64,000 nucleotides of DNA from Armatimonadota bacterium (lineage in GTDB: Bacteria > Armatimonadota > Fimbriimonadia > Fimbriimonadales > GBS-DC), in the NCBI GenBank assembly GCA_023511915.1, contig JAIMAN010000003.1:1049-65048 (forward strand), read 5' to 3'. The notes under the pieces were generated by a model, which made no database searches, was not told where the DNA came from, and worked only from the letters and a program-made list of their open reading frames with translations. Made by a program: the position numbers and the translations under genes. This document shows, one piece after another, positions 63,095-64,000 of this stretch (its first letter is position 1; each line of letters begins with the position of its first letter).

Positions 63095-64000
63095 CTAACT
63101 CGCCGACGAAGCATCGCGCGGCAGTGCCTCTGCAAACGCCTGCAGGGTCGGGGCATCCAACGCAACATCCACCAGCGACTCCAGCACCTCCAGCGAGTCG
63201 ATAGCATCGATAGCAGGGCGCACCTGCTCCGCCGCCTCGCCGAACCGACGGCGTAGCACACGCATAACAGCGTCGCGCATCGCGGCAACACCCTGCTGGA
63301 TGCCCTGCTGGATGCCCTGCTGGATGCCCTCCATCAACCCCTCGCGGATCGCGCGTTTCTCGAAGCGAGAGACAAAGGTCGTGCCCCGCTCGCGCTTATA
63401 CTCCTCAATCAGCTCGTCAAGCCGCTTCTCCAGAACCTCTGGCAGTATCATCACCCACTCCAGTAGACGCACGATATGCGCCTGATGCTCTGGATTATAC
63501 CTCCTGTCAATCATCAGCCGAATCAACTGCCAGCGCGCCTCAAGGCGGGCGTGCATATCGTTCTCGGTCTCGTGCGCCCGACGAAACGCCAGCAGCATCA
63601 GCGCTGCAGGAGTGCGCTGACGCGCCTCTTGAAGCAACCACTCTTCATCGAGGTCGAGCAGTTTGACAAGGTGGTACTCGAAATCCAACCGTGTGCCTGG
63701 CATCTCCCGCTGGTAGCGATTTGGGGGTCGCCAGTTCGGGTTCTTGTCGCCCAGAATCACGATGCTGACGACATCAAGGCGCGTCTCGATCCAGATGCGG
63801 GCGTTGTAGATGTAGGTGTGTTCGGGCAGGTCGCCACGAGGCTGGTTTTGCGCCTCCAGATGCGTCAGAAACGGCTTCGGCGGACTACCTTTCTCCCACA
63901 CCTTGACCAGTTTATCCGTGTAGAGGCGTCCTGTTTCGCTGCGGGGCGATAGTCGTCGCAACTCGTTATCCAGAAACACAGGGCGTCGCCGCCAGTCGAT
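63095..64000 (-). CDS. Rpn family recombination-promoting nuclease/putative transposase (5'-truncated by the window edge)
   Basis: IDWRRRPVFLDNEL, DKLVKV, HLEAQ, GIQQGIQQGIQQG, RRFG tail. Confidence 0.85.
   Translation of the reverse strand: MDWRRRPVFLDNELRRLSPRSETGRLYTDKLVKVWEKGSPPKPFLTHLEAQNQPRGDLPEHTYIYNARIWIETRLDVVSIVILGDKNPNWRPPNRYQREMPGTRLDFEYHLVKLLDLDEEWLLQEARQRTPAALMLLAFRRAHETENDMHARLEARWQLIRLMIDRRYNPEHQAHIVRLLEWVMILPEVLEKRLDELIEEYKRERGTTFVSRFEKRAIREGLMEGIQQGIQQGIQQGVAAMRDAVMRVLRRRFGEAAEQVRPAIDAIDSLEVLESLVDVALDAPTLQAFAEALPRDASSAS
63291..63330. repeat. 12-bp tandem repeat (about 3.3 copies) encoding GIQQ
   Basis: (CCCTGCTGGATG)x3 + CCCT. Confidence 0.85.

Overview
A GC-rich bacterial chromosome segment, most likely from a thermophilic Armatimonadota (Fimbriimonadales-like) organism. 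That assignment is inferred from the dockerin-like GDVNxDxxVDDADLLxVLFxFG tail, the prepilin-like cassette and the gene style. Most of the window is housekeeping genes in heavily shuffled order: lipA, tamB, xerD, ftsK, serC, dnaX, holA, a fadB/fadN-like gene, a gltB-like gene, lepB, rplS, pncA, rnhB, priA, and the two pntA halves 47 kb apart. I saw no rRNA, tRNA or CRISPR array. Notable signals: (1) A low-GC cassette (51.5-54.3 kb) encodes a LuxR regulator, a thioredoxin-like membrane protein, a prepilin-like protein, a secreted protein that becomes a 138-aa, 16-Cys protein once a hidden -1 frameshift is repaired, and a partner gene. A second Cys-rich secreted pair sits at 19.6-21.2 kb. (2) An intact, host-adapted, orphan phage terminase large subunit with no other phage genes, possibly part of a GTA-like system. 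(3) A family of palindromic/MITE-like repeats inserted in-frame inside tamB and gltB and also clustered intergenically. (4) A type II R-M locus whose endonuclease is frameshifted at an A5 run. (5) Pervasive leaderless -10-only promoters, a shared ECF-sigma-like promoter motif, a perfect CRP/FNR-family box and a structured 5' leader upstream of gltB. (6) Strong avoidance of GGCC and CCGG. All calls were made by eye; no database searches were run.
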